Source: Zygophlyctis sp. KS116
Taxonomy: Eukaryota > Fungi > Chytridiomycota
Length of the DNA stretch: 32,000 nucleotides
Reading direction: 5' to 3'
Assembly: GCA_054661495.1 (NCBI GenBank)
Contig: BAAFSQ010000034.1
Location: forward strand, 26,904 to 58,903
This document shows positions 10,777 through 21,985 of this stretch, piece by piece. The notes under the pieces were generated by a model. The model saw only the letters and a list, made by a program, of their open reading frames with translations, had not been told where the DNA came from and made no database searches. The position numbers and the translations under genes are program-made. Numbering within the stretch: position 1 is the first letter of the stretch; each line of letters starts with the position of its first letter.

Positions 10777-12516
10777 ATGGAAAACAGAGAACGTTATATC
10801 AAATACTTCAATTTCCAGCCAGTTAAGATTGAAACGCATTACACTTCTAATGGCAAATTGAGAGACAGACCACTTACTACTGTCGGTGGCTTGATTGCTG
10901 CTTATAAGACTGCTGTAGCTCCCCGCTTCGACTCTACTCCTACTGAAGATCTCTTTCTTCACCTTCCCGATGCAATTGATAGTAAAGCTCTTAGAAAAGA
11001 ATGTTTTTATTCTGTGGATGAAACCGATACAGCACTTTTCCAAAATAGTGGAATCAGATCGTGAAGTAAAGTTCAAATCCAAGCCATTGGTTCTTTATCA
11101 GAATTCTGACATGAGTTTGGTAATTGGCCGATTGCCGGATCTTAAATTTCAAGATTTCAATATTGAAACCGAAATTCAGAAATCGGTTGCAGAATTCATG
11201 AATAGCACTGAATATCTTGGGCTGTTGATTGGACCTACTGGATGTGGAAAGTCACACGAAATTATTAGAAGGGCTAAAATGGAGTTTACAATATTTATTG
11301 ATGCTCAATTTAATCTGGTCTCAAATGAACCGATAGATTTATCTCTTTTATTTCTAAAACAATCTTTTGAATCCATTACAAACACTTGGAACAGGAAAAT
11401 CCAGACTTGCCCAAGCTTCAACATATTGCGTACGCCTTTATAATATCTCGTATGTTTTTCTTGAAGTATCTAAAGGAAACGTATCCGGATCTTACTCCAA
11501 CACAATTTCTTATTCATCAGTTGTTCAACTCAAGAGCAATTACGAAGTGTTTTACATCTCTATTATCACAACCAAAGGATCAGCTGTTTCTGATTCGCAA
11601 AAAATTTATCAATTTTAAATGTCTTTTTTGTGTAGATGAAACAAATGTTCTACTTGAAGATCTTGGAGATACGATCATACCACCGATGTATGGAAACCAA
11701 ATTCAAAAAGACGTAGAGGTAAATGAAAATGCGGAATTAGGGACACTCTCGGTTTTACTTCATGCTATCACAAATGGTGAATTCGCTAAAAAGATTATTC
11801 TCACTGGGAATTCATCAAAATTACGGAAAATTAAGTGAATTGACTCCCTACCATGTTTTCCTACTATCTTGAATCAATTTACTGCCTGGGATAATGAAAT
11901 GGCTTTGAATTATGTATTTTCATACGTTGATATCCCTCAGGATGTTCTAGAGAGTGTCCTCACTGATAATTATCGACCTCGGATTTTGGAAAACTTTGTT
12001 CATGATTTGGTCTGTATAGAAATGAACGACGGTGATTCTCCACACACAAGAAAGTATCGAATTAAAAATGGCAGTGATATTTTGGATATTGATGGAATTC
12101 TGAAAGAGTCTTACGAGGCTGTTATCCATAGATTTAGTCGCATATCGATTGTACCCCTCGCCCGAAAAATTACACAAAATTCCCATACTGAAATAATGCT
12201 TAAGTTACTTTTGTGCTCAATGATTACAAGTAATGATAGACGCATAGGCGTCCAATTGAACCAAGAGCAAGAGAACTTTTTCACGCAAACAATTGGATCG
12301 ATATACCTCATCTATAGTAAGGAGGGATATTCTTTCTTTGAAGGTTATGTTATTAACACGTTTCTTTATTTATTCGAAGCTGAATTCAATCAATACAATC
12401 TCTCGTCTTCTGTCAATATGTTGAAACGCATCGGCGATCAGGAACAGAAAGGGATATTGCCACTGAAACACCATTCGAATTTTACAAGGAGTAGACATGA
12501 TGAATCGAACGGTTAA
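10777..12516 (+). pseudogene. Crinkler-like (header plus P-loop NTPase) pseudogene
   Basis: Header-like YIKYFNFQPVKIETH...VGGLIAAYK...LFLHLP, Walker A GPTGCGKS and Walker B-like FCVDE. Frameshifts near 11050, 11395 and 12460 and an in-frame TGA at 11836-11838; I found no intron that repairs them. Confidence 0.7.
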
Positions 12517-12865
12517 CATTCTTTGTTACTGTTGCTCTAGATATTAAGGGACGATTTTTGCTTGATTGTTGATTTTATTATCAAAAGTTGTAATAAACAA
12601 GAAGCTATTGATTGATACCGGTATATTTCTCAGATCGATATATAGATGTACTGAGAGTCAGTCAAATTGACACAGAAAGCAAAGGTTTAGCAAGTGAAGA
12701 ATAAATGAGTTGCTCGTTCTTGTCCTTTGAAATGTCTGATCATTTGGTTTTAATTGACCGCTATTGAAAAGATTTTGTAGTGAGAGTCTATGAGTCAATT
12801 TAAATCCGGACAGGTGTTCTTGTGTACTGCTCATATTTCGGGAGAGAATGACGTATTTTCACATA

Positions 12866-15588
12866 ATGAACAATATCAATCTTGATCTAAAAAGATCGAG
12901 TTCCGAGCCAAAGTTGGATAATAAATTAAAAGACGGAATTGACTTAGAAGATACCAAATTTGAAGAATTAACTAGAAGGTAATAGTATGTCCGATTATTG
13001 AAATTTAGGTACTATTTGATGCTTGCATTTGGATGTGGAGATGTAACATGCAAATTCAAGCTTTGCAGATCATGTAACAGTTCAAAGAAAGTCGACTCTA
13101 AAACGGCATCGGTATTATCTATTTCATTGGCCTCAAAACCAGGCTCGATGCTCTGCCCAACCATAAAATCAATGCTAAAGGAAACAATTGAAATAAAACT
13201 GAATCAAAAAGGCCCCGACATAAATACTTTGTCAATGCAAGATAGCATATCGTCTTCGTTTCTCTCTAGAATGATTTCATTTTCAAGTTTATCTCACATC
13301 TTTAGCCCGGATTCACAATCGCCAATTGTGAATTCCATAAGAAAAGAGGATTTAATACCGGATGTCAACCGCATTCCTCAATTTTCTTTTTCTCAAAATA
13401 ACTTTAAAAGCATAATTGATGTCAAATCACAGCAGGATAGATCTCTTATTTACAGAAAGACTCAATTGTACAACGATTCCACATCTTCTTTAAATTCAAG
13501 AAATCTAGATTATTTAAATCATTCGATATTACAACAACTTTTTTCTGAAAACAGGAGCTCTGGAAATTTTCAGGCTATTGTTGATACTTTGACAACGGTA
13601 TACATAAGTCGAACTCGCCTTGGTAGAAGTTTTTTGATGGAAAGTAATGTTAAGTCATCAAAATTGGATTTAGAAGACTTGAATTGTTTTTTCAAGACAA
13701 TTTCACAGATGGTATATTAGAATCCAATTAAGCGAAAAATAGGACCGAAGAGAACTTTTGGAAAATTCAATTATCAACTCTACAGAAATTCTACTTGAAA
13801 AATTAGATAATATGCCGATTTTGAATGAGCATGCTCATGTTCGTGTTTTGTTAATAATCTTATATGTAATTTTACCTTCTAAAATTTAGAATCCACAGCT
13901 TTCAGCGAATGAAATGATTGTTCGTAAATTGTTTTTACTCGTAGAAAAGTTTACAGATATTTTTAGGAAGATCTTTGTTGATTGGCTTTCTTTGTAAGTA
14001 TATACGATTAAGTAATAGCCAGTTTTCCTGGATCTAAATTTAAGAGTATCCTGGAAACCTTCAAATCATTTGTCAAGAATCATTATCAAATTGGGCCTCA
14101 AAATGACATTTCAGTTATTTGTGCTCATCGGCTAATGGCCATATTCTTTGAATCAAATCTTATGAAAGGGATGGTCCATATATCAGAGTTCTATATTCAA
14201 GAGTTATCACATAATCTAAATTTCAAACTTGAAATAAAGAATTGGAAAAGTAATGAAAAAACCAGCAAGTTTTCATTTTTCAAGTATCCGTTCATTTTCG
14301 ACCCGATTGCTAAAACACGAATCATGCATCTTGATGCATTATACGAAATGTCTGGTGAATTCGAAGACGCATATGTTTCACAAGCTCTAGTTTTTCATGC
14401 ACAGAAGTTTTTAGAAAATCATCAACCACTCTCAGATCTGGAAGAGAAAATGAAAACGGCAGCTAATCCATTTCTGGTTCTAGAAATTCGAAGGCAATTT
14501 ATGGTAGAAGATACCATCGAGCAGTTACGCAAAAAGTCACAGGATTTAAAGAAAGCAATTCGCATAAAGTTTGTAGATTCAGGAGAAATGGGAATGGATC
14601 AAGGCGGGGTTCAGAAAGAGTTTTTTCAGATGATTATGTCTAAATTATTAGATGTTCAACATGGTCTCTTTGTGTATGATGATCAAACACGATATAATTG
14701 GATTAATGCTGATTCAATGGATTCAGACATATATTATGAATTGATCGGAATTTTGACCGGATTGGCTATATACAATGGAATAATGCTAGGAATATCCTTT
14801 CCTCCGATTTTTTATAAAAAAATCCTTGATGAAAAGGTGAGCTTTGCTGATTTTCTGCAATCCTTTCCGGAGCTTGGGAATGGATTAGAACAACTTCTTA
14901 ATTGGACAGATGGGAACGTAGAAGATATATTTCAGCGATCATTCGAAGTTTCTTATAATCACTTAGGTGTAGTAAAATCGCAGCCATTAATTCCAAATGG
15001 AGAGAATATCTTGGTAAACAATGATAACAGGCAATGCAAGTAACATATTTGTTAATTATTTAGATTTCGTGGATAGATATGTTAATTACCACGTGAATGA
15101 ATCAATTGACCATCAATTCAACGCTTTGAAGAGGGGGGTATTCAAGATTTATGGGGGCAATTCATTGAAATTATGTCAATCATCGGAATTAGAGATGATT
15201 ATATGTGGGAACAACTCCAATGCCTATAATTTTACAGAGCTGAAGGATATCGCTAAATACGTTGACGGTTATGGTCCCAATCATAAAAATATAGTGTATG
15301 ATTCGACTAAAATAATGTCTTAGATGGTTTTGGGATATTGTAGACTCATTTTCACTGGAATTCAAGAAGAAATTACTAACCTTTGTTACGGCTTCCGATC
15401 GGATACCACTCAATGGATTAAAAAGTCTGACATTCGTGATTCAAAGAAATGGACCAGATTCCGAAAGACTTCCGACAGCTCTGACTTGCTTTGGAAGACT
15501 TCTTCTCCCTGAATATGAAACAAAAGAAAAACAGGAAAAATTCCTTATAATTGCTATTGAAAACTCTTCCGGCTTTGGCTTGATTTAA
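12866..15588 (+). CDS. HECT E3 ubiquitin ligase with N-terminal AZUL zinc domain (UBE3A/HUL4-like); 6 introns, one GC-AG
   Basis: RYYLMLAFGCGDVTCKFKLCRSC (AZUL), GEMGMDQGGVQKEFF, FVTASDRIP, RLPTALTCFGRLLLPEY (catalytic Cys) and GFGLI end. Introns at 12979-13008, 13712-13742, 13866-13889, 13994-14022, 15036-15063 and 15296-15323. Confidence 0.9.
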
Positions 15589-17984
15589 TATTTTGATACA
15601 AAGTTTTGATACTTCTCTTCCACTTCCTGCACTAATTCAAACATATGCTTCCTCTTTTTTTCAATTTTTTCGATATCGAACCAACCAGATGCTTCTCCTT
15701 TTTTGGCCTTGATTTAATAAAAGATGAAATTACAAAAATTAAGCGTAGCTTTCCTTCAGGATCTGTCATAAAATCTTCGAAGAATTGTAAGAGAAATACT
15801 CCACAATCACAATGGTTTGGCTGGCGTGGAACTTTTGCATGAATGCGGTGAATTTTTTCCGTAATAGTTGCATTTTTCTTCTCTTGTGCTTCTTTGTTTA
15901 AATATCTAGTGATCGTAGTGATGGTAGAGGAGTGATTATTCGCTAAGGAGTCAAATATGATACAGGTGCATCTATTATATTATTATTTTGCATATTTTAC
16001 CTTCCTATTTGAGCTAAATACCTTTCTTCGGCTCTTACAGCATCGGCAAAGCCTTTTTCTGAATATTTTGAATCAGAAACCTTTGAACTTTGGACCAAGA
16101 CTTCGTCCGAAGATATGATTAAATTAGACGGTTGAGCAGTCTGTGGCTCACCACCAGTGGATGAGCATGAATCTATACTATCATACTCTGCAGCGCCGAG
16201 TACAGACTTTATAGAATCCGAATCCGATGCTGGAAAATGTGGTTCCTGTGCAACTAGTACTTTTGGATTGACAACAATCGCCATATACCAATGAAAGCTA
16301 GTCATTAAATAAGAAAAAGAATACTTTTCGTTGATTGGAATAACAAGGAAATCTTTTGTAAATATATCGACCTTGTTAGTCCAAGATTTCACCAAGTTAT
16401 ATCCAAAATCTATTCCGGCATCTCTAGTAATTAAAAAAAAGGACAAAATACTTATTTTGAGGATCTTTCTTTGATAATTGTTCAAAAAAGAATGAATTAA
16501 AGATATGAGTCTTGCTCATTATTTCGGGTTTCAGTATTTCATTACAAAGGTATCTAAAAATTATTAAAATTGAATTACTTGATATAAAATTCAATGATTG
16601 TATCATTTAAATATTCTTGTGGGCTTAGACGCAATGCATGTTCTACTAAGATTGTAACACGATTTCGACCCGTAAATGGATACAAGAACATCCTGAAATA
16701 ATTAAAAGTTTAATAAATTACTCTTCTTCGGGAGCTCTCTCTCTTCCTGATTTAAATATAAACTTTTCTTTCCTGACAACCATATCGTCGCCAGAACCTT
16801 CATTATAGTCCTTATTCAATCGCCTTGATGATCGATAAAGACTAGAGTCTGATTTTCGCCGAAGAGATTGCTTCATTCCTTCTGGGGGATTATTTAAAAT
16901 CATTTCATAAGTCTTTTTATCATTTAAACTAAGTAATAAGATGTTTGTAAGAAATACCTCATTCTATCAAACTTTATAAAAGATACACAAGAAACCCGAA
17001 ATTTAGAAAAATCTTCATTCTCTTGAATCTCGCATATCCATTGCTCCCTTCCATGATTAAATGTAAATACAAGTAACGAGCACTTGAGATCATCAATATT
17101 AAACTAAAAATAAATTATCTGGTATTACCTTTGCAGTATCTACATTCCCAACTGAAATACTTTTTGAAATCCCATAATCAGACATAAGGGATACATTCTC
17201 GTGAATCCTTATTTGATATCTACCCACGAGAACCTTTTCATCGTTTATCCTAATTCTCTTGATTAAAATACAAGGAAACTCTCCAAGTCTAGGAACCTGT
17301 TGCTTAGATTCACTAGTATTGGATTTCATCATTGAAACTCTACTTTTTGATTCATATCCACCATCTTCAAAATTCTTTGATACAGTTCCTGGTGCAGACC
17401 TTGACATAACTGGTACTCTTTCAAAAACTAGATTTTAAATCATATATTTGATCATACCTTCATCTTGTTCATCTGGACTTAACTCTACATCATCATCCAG
17501 ATCAATTATTTCCATTGAATCCCCACAACTCCTGGTTAACCCCGGATCCTTATTTTTCTCCTTGTTACTAATTTTTTCCTGAATTCTGAGACTATTTTTC
17601 TCCTTATTTTTATGTCTAAAGATGAAATCATCTGTAAACTTTGTTTCTATATTCGATACCTGATCGCCATAGAATGATGATGCAGAAACTATTTTTAATA
17701 ATTTATTACTTACTCGTCTTATCTATTTTAATACAAGGAGACGGCTTCTTGGGAGTAGAAAAATAAGGACTGCTTGAAGGCCTATAACCCATTTTCTTAA
17801 TATTCTTAATCTTGCGTTTCTTTGCCCATGCATTCGCTTCATCTTCTACACCAAACGATCGATTCCTGCTTGATCGTTCTGGCTCTGGATTACTAGGGAC
17901 CTGGATCGGAAATCCCTTTCTTTTTGGAGATTGATCAACCGGTTTGACGGTTCCTTGGGATAAAGTCTGGAATGTGAAGTCCAT
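15585..17984 (-). CDS. Ulp2/SENP6-7-like SUMO protease (peptidase C48), about 10 introns
   Basis: YLNDTIIEFYIKYL, HIFNSFFFEQL, VDIFTKDFLVIPINE, HWY, IIFDSL, PRQPNHCDCGVFLL and WFDIEKIEKKR, after a long low-complexity N-terminus. Confidence 0.88.
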
Positions 17985-18008
17985 GACAAAAAATCTTGGG
18001 CTAGGAAT

Positions 18009-19048
18009 TTATTCATTGTTAGAATTCAAAAACTCTTCATTTGGCATAATTACATGATCCACTGGATGTAATACACCATTATTTCCTAATTGATTAGCTA
18101 GTCCAACAACTTTAGATTCATCATTCACTATTATATCTCCAGATGGAGTTGCAACAATATCCAAGGGCTGGTTACGAAAAAGAGATCGGACATACAATTC
18201 TTTGGCTCGGATAATATCATCGCTATACAAGAGATTTGGAGTCATATGATGCAGTAAGATCTAAATTGTAAATGTAAACATAAAATTACCGAAGCCAGCT
18301 CAGAAACACCATCATCAGAAAATAAATGTCGTAGTTTTAACCAACCAAGTTTTAAAAATGCAGAATTAGTAGGTGCAAAGAATGTTACTCCATTAATTTC
18401 ATTTAAAATTAGTGCAACTCCAGTTTTACGTAACGCAATAGACAACATACTGAATTTAAATGGAAAGTACTTTAAATGAGATGGTAGAGTAGAAGGTGGT
18501 TTTAAAATAGAATCCACTAAATGAATCCAGCCATTTGAAGCTTGAATAGATAAAGATTCAACTTTTACATGCCAATTAAGAGAAATATGTTCATTTCTTC
18601 TAAAGACTTGAATTCTTTGAGGTTTATCTCCAAGAGATTCCAAATTAAGTCCAGATTCCAATAATTGTCCATCTTCAAAATCATCAATTGAGAATGAAGG
18701 ATGAACAATATGATATAACAACATATCAATAGTCTCATCAAGATTCTCAGCAAGAGTTTGAGGAATAGCAGAATTAACTGGCGCAAAGAGTGTAATGTTG
18801 GCGTCTGGAGCAGCCAAAGCATCAGCCAAGAATGAATTTTCCTGAATTATAGAGTATAATTTAGATAACGATGGGATCGAGGCCAAATTACTTAGAATAG
18901 AAACTGTATTATTTCCACGAACTGTTCGGACATGATTTCCATTTTTTGAATGAATAACAGGAAGTATAGAATCAACCTGTAAATTCAAGGCTGGAAATTG
19001 AAAAGCAGAAAGAATAGAAAAAAACAAGATAATAACAAAAGACTGCAT
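18009..19048 (-). CDS. Secreted fasciclin protein with two FAS1 domains; intron 18261-18289
   Basis: Signal peptide MQSFVIILFFSILSA, then TLFAPVNSA, LLYHIV, ASNGWIHLVDSIL, TFFAPTNSAF and NNGVLHPVDHVI. Confidence 0.9.
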
Positions 19049-19135
19049 TGTTGAATTTAAAATCCTTAAAGTTGAACACGTTATGATCAACAGAGTTACT
19101 CCGTCTCTAATTTGATCTTTATAAATCAAAGACGT

Positions 19136-19702
19136 ATGTTCCGATCATCAGTTATATCTAGAGCATCCGTTGCATCTAAAACATTAATATCAGCAAGACA
19201 AAAATTCCAAAGTTTTAGCTCTGGAAAAATGTCTTTAAAAACTGATGATCAAGTATTTACCAAATTATTCATTAATAGTGGAGAGCCATACTCTCTAAAG
19301 AACAATTCCGAATTCTAAGACAAAAAGGCACTGAACCTCCAAACTCTGGAGAATATAATAAACATTTTGAGTCTGGTATTTACTCTTGCGCTGGCTGCAA
19401 TACTCCATTGTATAAATCTAGTACAAAGTTTGATTCTGGTACTTTATAAATTATTTAAATTATTAGGCTGTGGATGGCCTGCATTCTACGATGCAATTCC
19501 TGGTGCTATAAATCAAACACCTGATAACTCCAATGGACAAACTAGAATTGAAATTACTTGTGCTGCTTGTAATGGACATTTGGGCCATGTTTTCAAAGGA
19601 GAAGGATTTCAAACACCAACCGATCAAAGAGTAATTTAATCTACTTAATAATAATAATAGCATTGCGTCAATAGTATATCCATAAGATTTAAAAAAGATT
19701 AA
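19136..19702 (+). CDS. MXR2: Peptide methionine-R-sulfoxide reductase MsrB; introns 19253-19278, 19439-19466 and 19631-19660
   Basis: WRAILSKEQFRILRQKGTEPP, CAGC, KFDSGCGWPAF, RIEITCAACNGHLGHVFKGEG and RHCVNS. Confidence 0.93.
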
Positions 19703-19740
19703 TATATTGAAAGTTTGAAATAAAAACTACATTCTTCAAA

Positions 19741-20304
19741 TTACTCTACATTCAAACTTTTAAGTTGATGCATTTCAACTGCAAGTCTCTTTTTAGACAT
19801 TGGATCTAACACTTTTGATTTTATAGGCTGATTAGAGATTGTTTGATTATTAGAAATTGTAAATTCTGTAGATTTTACATTCTTTTTTCTCTTTAAACTT
19901 TTCCGTTTATCCAACCATAATAGAGAGGAAGGAAGAATACCTTTATCCATGTATAACTTTGCAGCAATAATTCCTTTTTCATTTTGTAATTCTCTAAAAC
20001 TTTTATAGTCAGAGTATGGCGGCCCATTCAGGTCAAATGGAACAGTTTCCTTTTCAACAACATTCGAACTAAAATTAAATAATATTCTTACAATGAACCG
20101 TCTTCTAAATAACATACAGTCATTTCTCCTTCTTGAGGTGGATCATAATTTCCATTTGTATACTCGTAGAATGCTATCATATCTTGTGCTAGTAGAACCT
20201 ATTATTTTAGAAACTATATTAAAAATTACTATTGCAGGCCACCAAAAGAGTGATTTTGGGTCCTGTGGGTCAACAAATACAATTGGTCGTCGTCGATTTG
20301 ACAT
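19741..20304 (-). CDS. PWWP/Tudor-like domain protein; introns 20199-20229 and 20069-20091
   Basis: Spliced MSNRRRPIVFVDPQDPKSLFWWPAIV...TVCYLEDGSFSNV: a WWPA motif plus a Tudor-like V.Y.EDG hairpin and a basic tail. Confidence 0.65.
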
Positions 20305-20385
20305 TTTACAGGGAAATTCTGAGTCTGAAATTTCCGTTTTTGACGGCACTGGCGACAGGTTAGGTCTGCCTTGCAACAATTGAAT

Positions 20386-20459
20386 CTTGTCCGAAAGCTC
20401 TTGTCCGAAAGCTCTTGTCCGGAAGCTCTTGTCCGCAAGCTTTTTATGGTCTGCAAGCT
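20386..20459. repeat. Tandem 14-nt repeat CTTGTCCG(A/G/C)AAGCT x4 plus a degenerate 18-nt unit
   Basis: cttgtccgaaagct cttgtccgaaagct cttgtccggaagct cttgtccgcaagct ttttatggtctgcaagct, read directly. Confidence 0.9.
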
Positions 20460-20514
20460 TTTTGTGGTTGACAGACTCAAGAGCAAGCTTTTTCCTCAAA
20501 GTATTATTTACAAA

Positions 20515-21531
20515 ATGCTATCTTCAAGTAAATATACAATCAGAGATGTTTTAGAATTCAAGTTTCAGAGTTTAAATACTACTTGGGGCCCTTTAGTCTC
20601 GGTTCATGAAAATACTCTTGTTATGGATGCTGTAAAGTTGATGAAGGATCATGGATTCAAGTATCTTCCAGTCTTTAGATATCAAAGATATATTGATAAA
20701 CCAACACAATTGATATATACAGGAATTCTATCAATTCAGGATGTTTTGGATTATTTGGTTTTTCATAAAATATTTGAAGATTTGGAATATCCTCAAGAAT
20801 TTGATACAGATGCTGGATTTAAAAGTTATTTAAAACAATTGGAAGAAAAGTTTGCAATTTGTGGAATTAGAGTACAAGAAATTCAAGGAAGAGTCAAGGA
20901 ATCATCTGAAAGTATTCAAGAATGTTTATTATCACTTTCAGAACCTATATATACTCTACTAGATAGATTTATAAAAGGAGATCATAGAGTACTTGTAAGA
21001 GATCCTAGTGACTGTTTAAAAATTGCAATGTTGACTCAAACTGATTTACTCAAATTTCTATTAGAAAATGAAAAATCAATGTTTTCTTCAAAAGCAATTG
21101 ATGCTGCTGAACGTGCAATGAAGAGTAGAGGCCCTTCAGATTTAAATGCAGATCCAAATCAACCTGTAAATGTAAAAAAACACGTTTTAACAGTTTCAAT
21201 GGATATGAATGCTCTTTGTGCCTTTAAAATGATGAATATTCATCGTATTTCTTCATTGGGAGTTGTAAATTCTAAAAGAGAACTTGTTGGAGTTATTTCT
21301 GCAACTGATTTATTAAAAGTGGATTGGAATAGACTTGAAGATTTGTTATTATCAATTCAAGATTTTAAAGAATTGGGTGATTTAGTAACTACAGATCCAA
21401 ATTCTACATTAGAAACTGTTGCTCAAAAAGCATTAAAGAAATCTATTCATGGAGTTTATATTGTGGATGATCAGAATCACCCAACTGGAATTATAAGATT
21501 TTCTGATATATTTTCAATGTTGCTTGTTTGA
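20515..21531 (+). CDS. CBS-domain protein (Sds23/AMPK-gamma-like)
   Basis: Intronless, with repeated CBS-type motifs (AVKLMKDHGFKYLPV, GILSIQD, HRVLV, MLTQTD, ISSLGVV...VGVISATD, HGVYIVD...GIIRFSD). Confidence 0.85.
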   Translation: MLSSSKYTIRDVLEFKFQSLNTTWGPLVSVHENTLVMDAVKLMKDHGFKYLPVFRYQRYIDKPTQLIYTGILSIQDVLDYLVFHKIFEDLEYPQEFDTDAGFKSYLKQLEEKFAICGIRVQEIQGRVKESSESIQECLLSLSEPIYTLLDRFIKGDHRVLVRDPSDCLKIAMLTQTDLLKFLLENEKSMFSSKAIDAAERAMKSRGPSDLNADPNQPVNVKKHVLTVSMDMNALCAFKMMNIHRISSLGVVNSKRELVGVISATDLLKVDWNRLEDLLLSIQDFKELGDLVTTDPNSTLETVAQKALKKSIHGVYIVDDQNHPTGIIRFSDIFSMLLV

Positions 21532-21548
21532 TTAGAGTATTTGCACTT

Positions 21549-21974
21549 TTACTTTTTCTTTCTCTTTGGAGTATCTCTTGTTGACCTTAATTTTCTCTTG
21601 ACTGGTTCCTTGAGTTCCTTTGATTCCCTCTTTAATTTCATCGGTGACACTTCTCGACTTAAATCTTCCTCTGTTGCTTGACGATATTCTTCAATTATAG
21701 ACTCAAAATCAGTGTCTGGTAATGAAAATTCAGACTCTGGAATATCATAATCTATCAGATCTGCTTCTAAAGACTCTAGATCATAAAAAGACTTGATTTT
21801 ATCTAGTATTTCAGAGAGCGCCAACTCAACTCCTGAATTATTTGTCAAATATTTAATAATATTTACAAGCCTGAAATGTTTATGAATTCCAACCGGTTTA
21901 AACTTTATGATTGCTGATAGTAGAGTCTGTTCCATTTCAGGCGTCCATTGAATCATTTCTTCTTTAGGAGTCAT
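21549..21974 (-). CDS. EAF7: NuA4 subunit Eaf7/MRGBP
   Basis: WTPEMEQTLLSAIIKFKPVGIHKHFRL...FYDLESL...EFSLP. Confidence 0.9.
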   Translation of the reverse strand: MTPKEEMIQWTPEMEQTLLSAIIKFKPVGIHKHFRLVNIIKYLTNNSGVELALSEILDKIKSFYDLESLEADLIDYDIPESEFSLPDTDFESIIEEYRQATEEDLSREVSPMKLKRESKELKEPVKRKLRSTRDTPKRKKK

Positions 21975-21985
21975 GGTTTGTGGTA

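Noticed and set aside
11836-11838. In-frame TGA as selenocysteine, readthrough or an alternative genetic code
   Set aside because: It lies in a gene that also has several frameshifts, and intact genes here use TGA, TAA and TAG as normal stops.
9257-15588. Shared TTAA sites as piggyBac target sites
   Set aside because: No transposase, terminal repeats or duplicated TTAA. The sites are fully explained as overlapping stop codons.
20386-20459. Tandem repeat as a CRISPR array or telomere seed
   Set aside because: No unique spacers, eukaryotic context, and the unit does not resemble a telomeric repeat.
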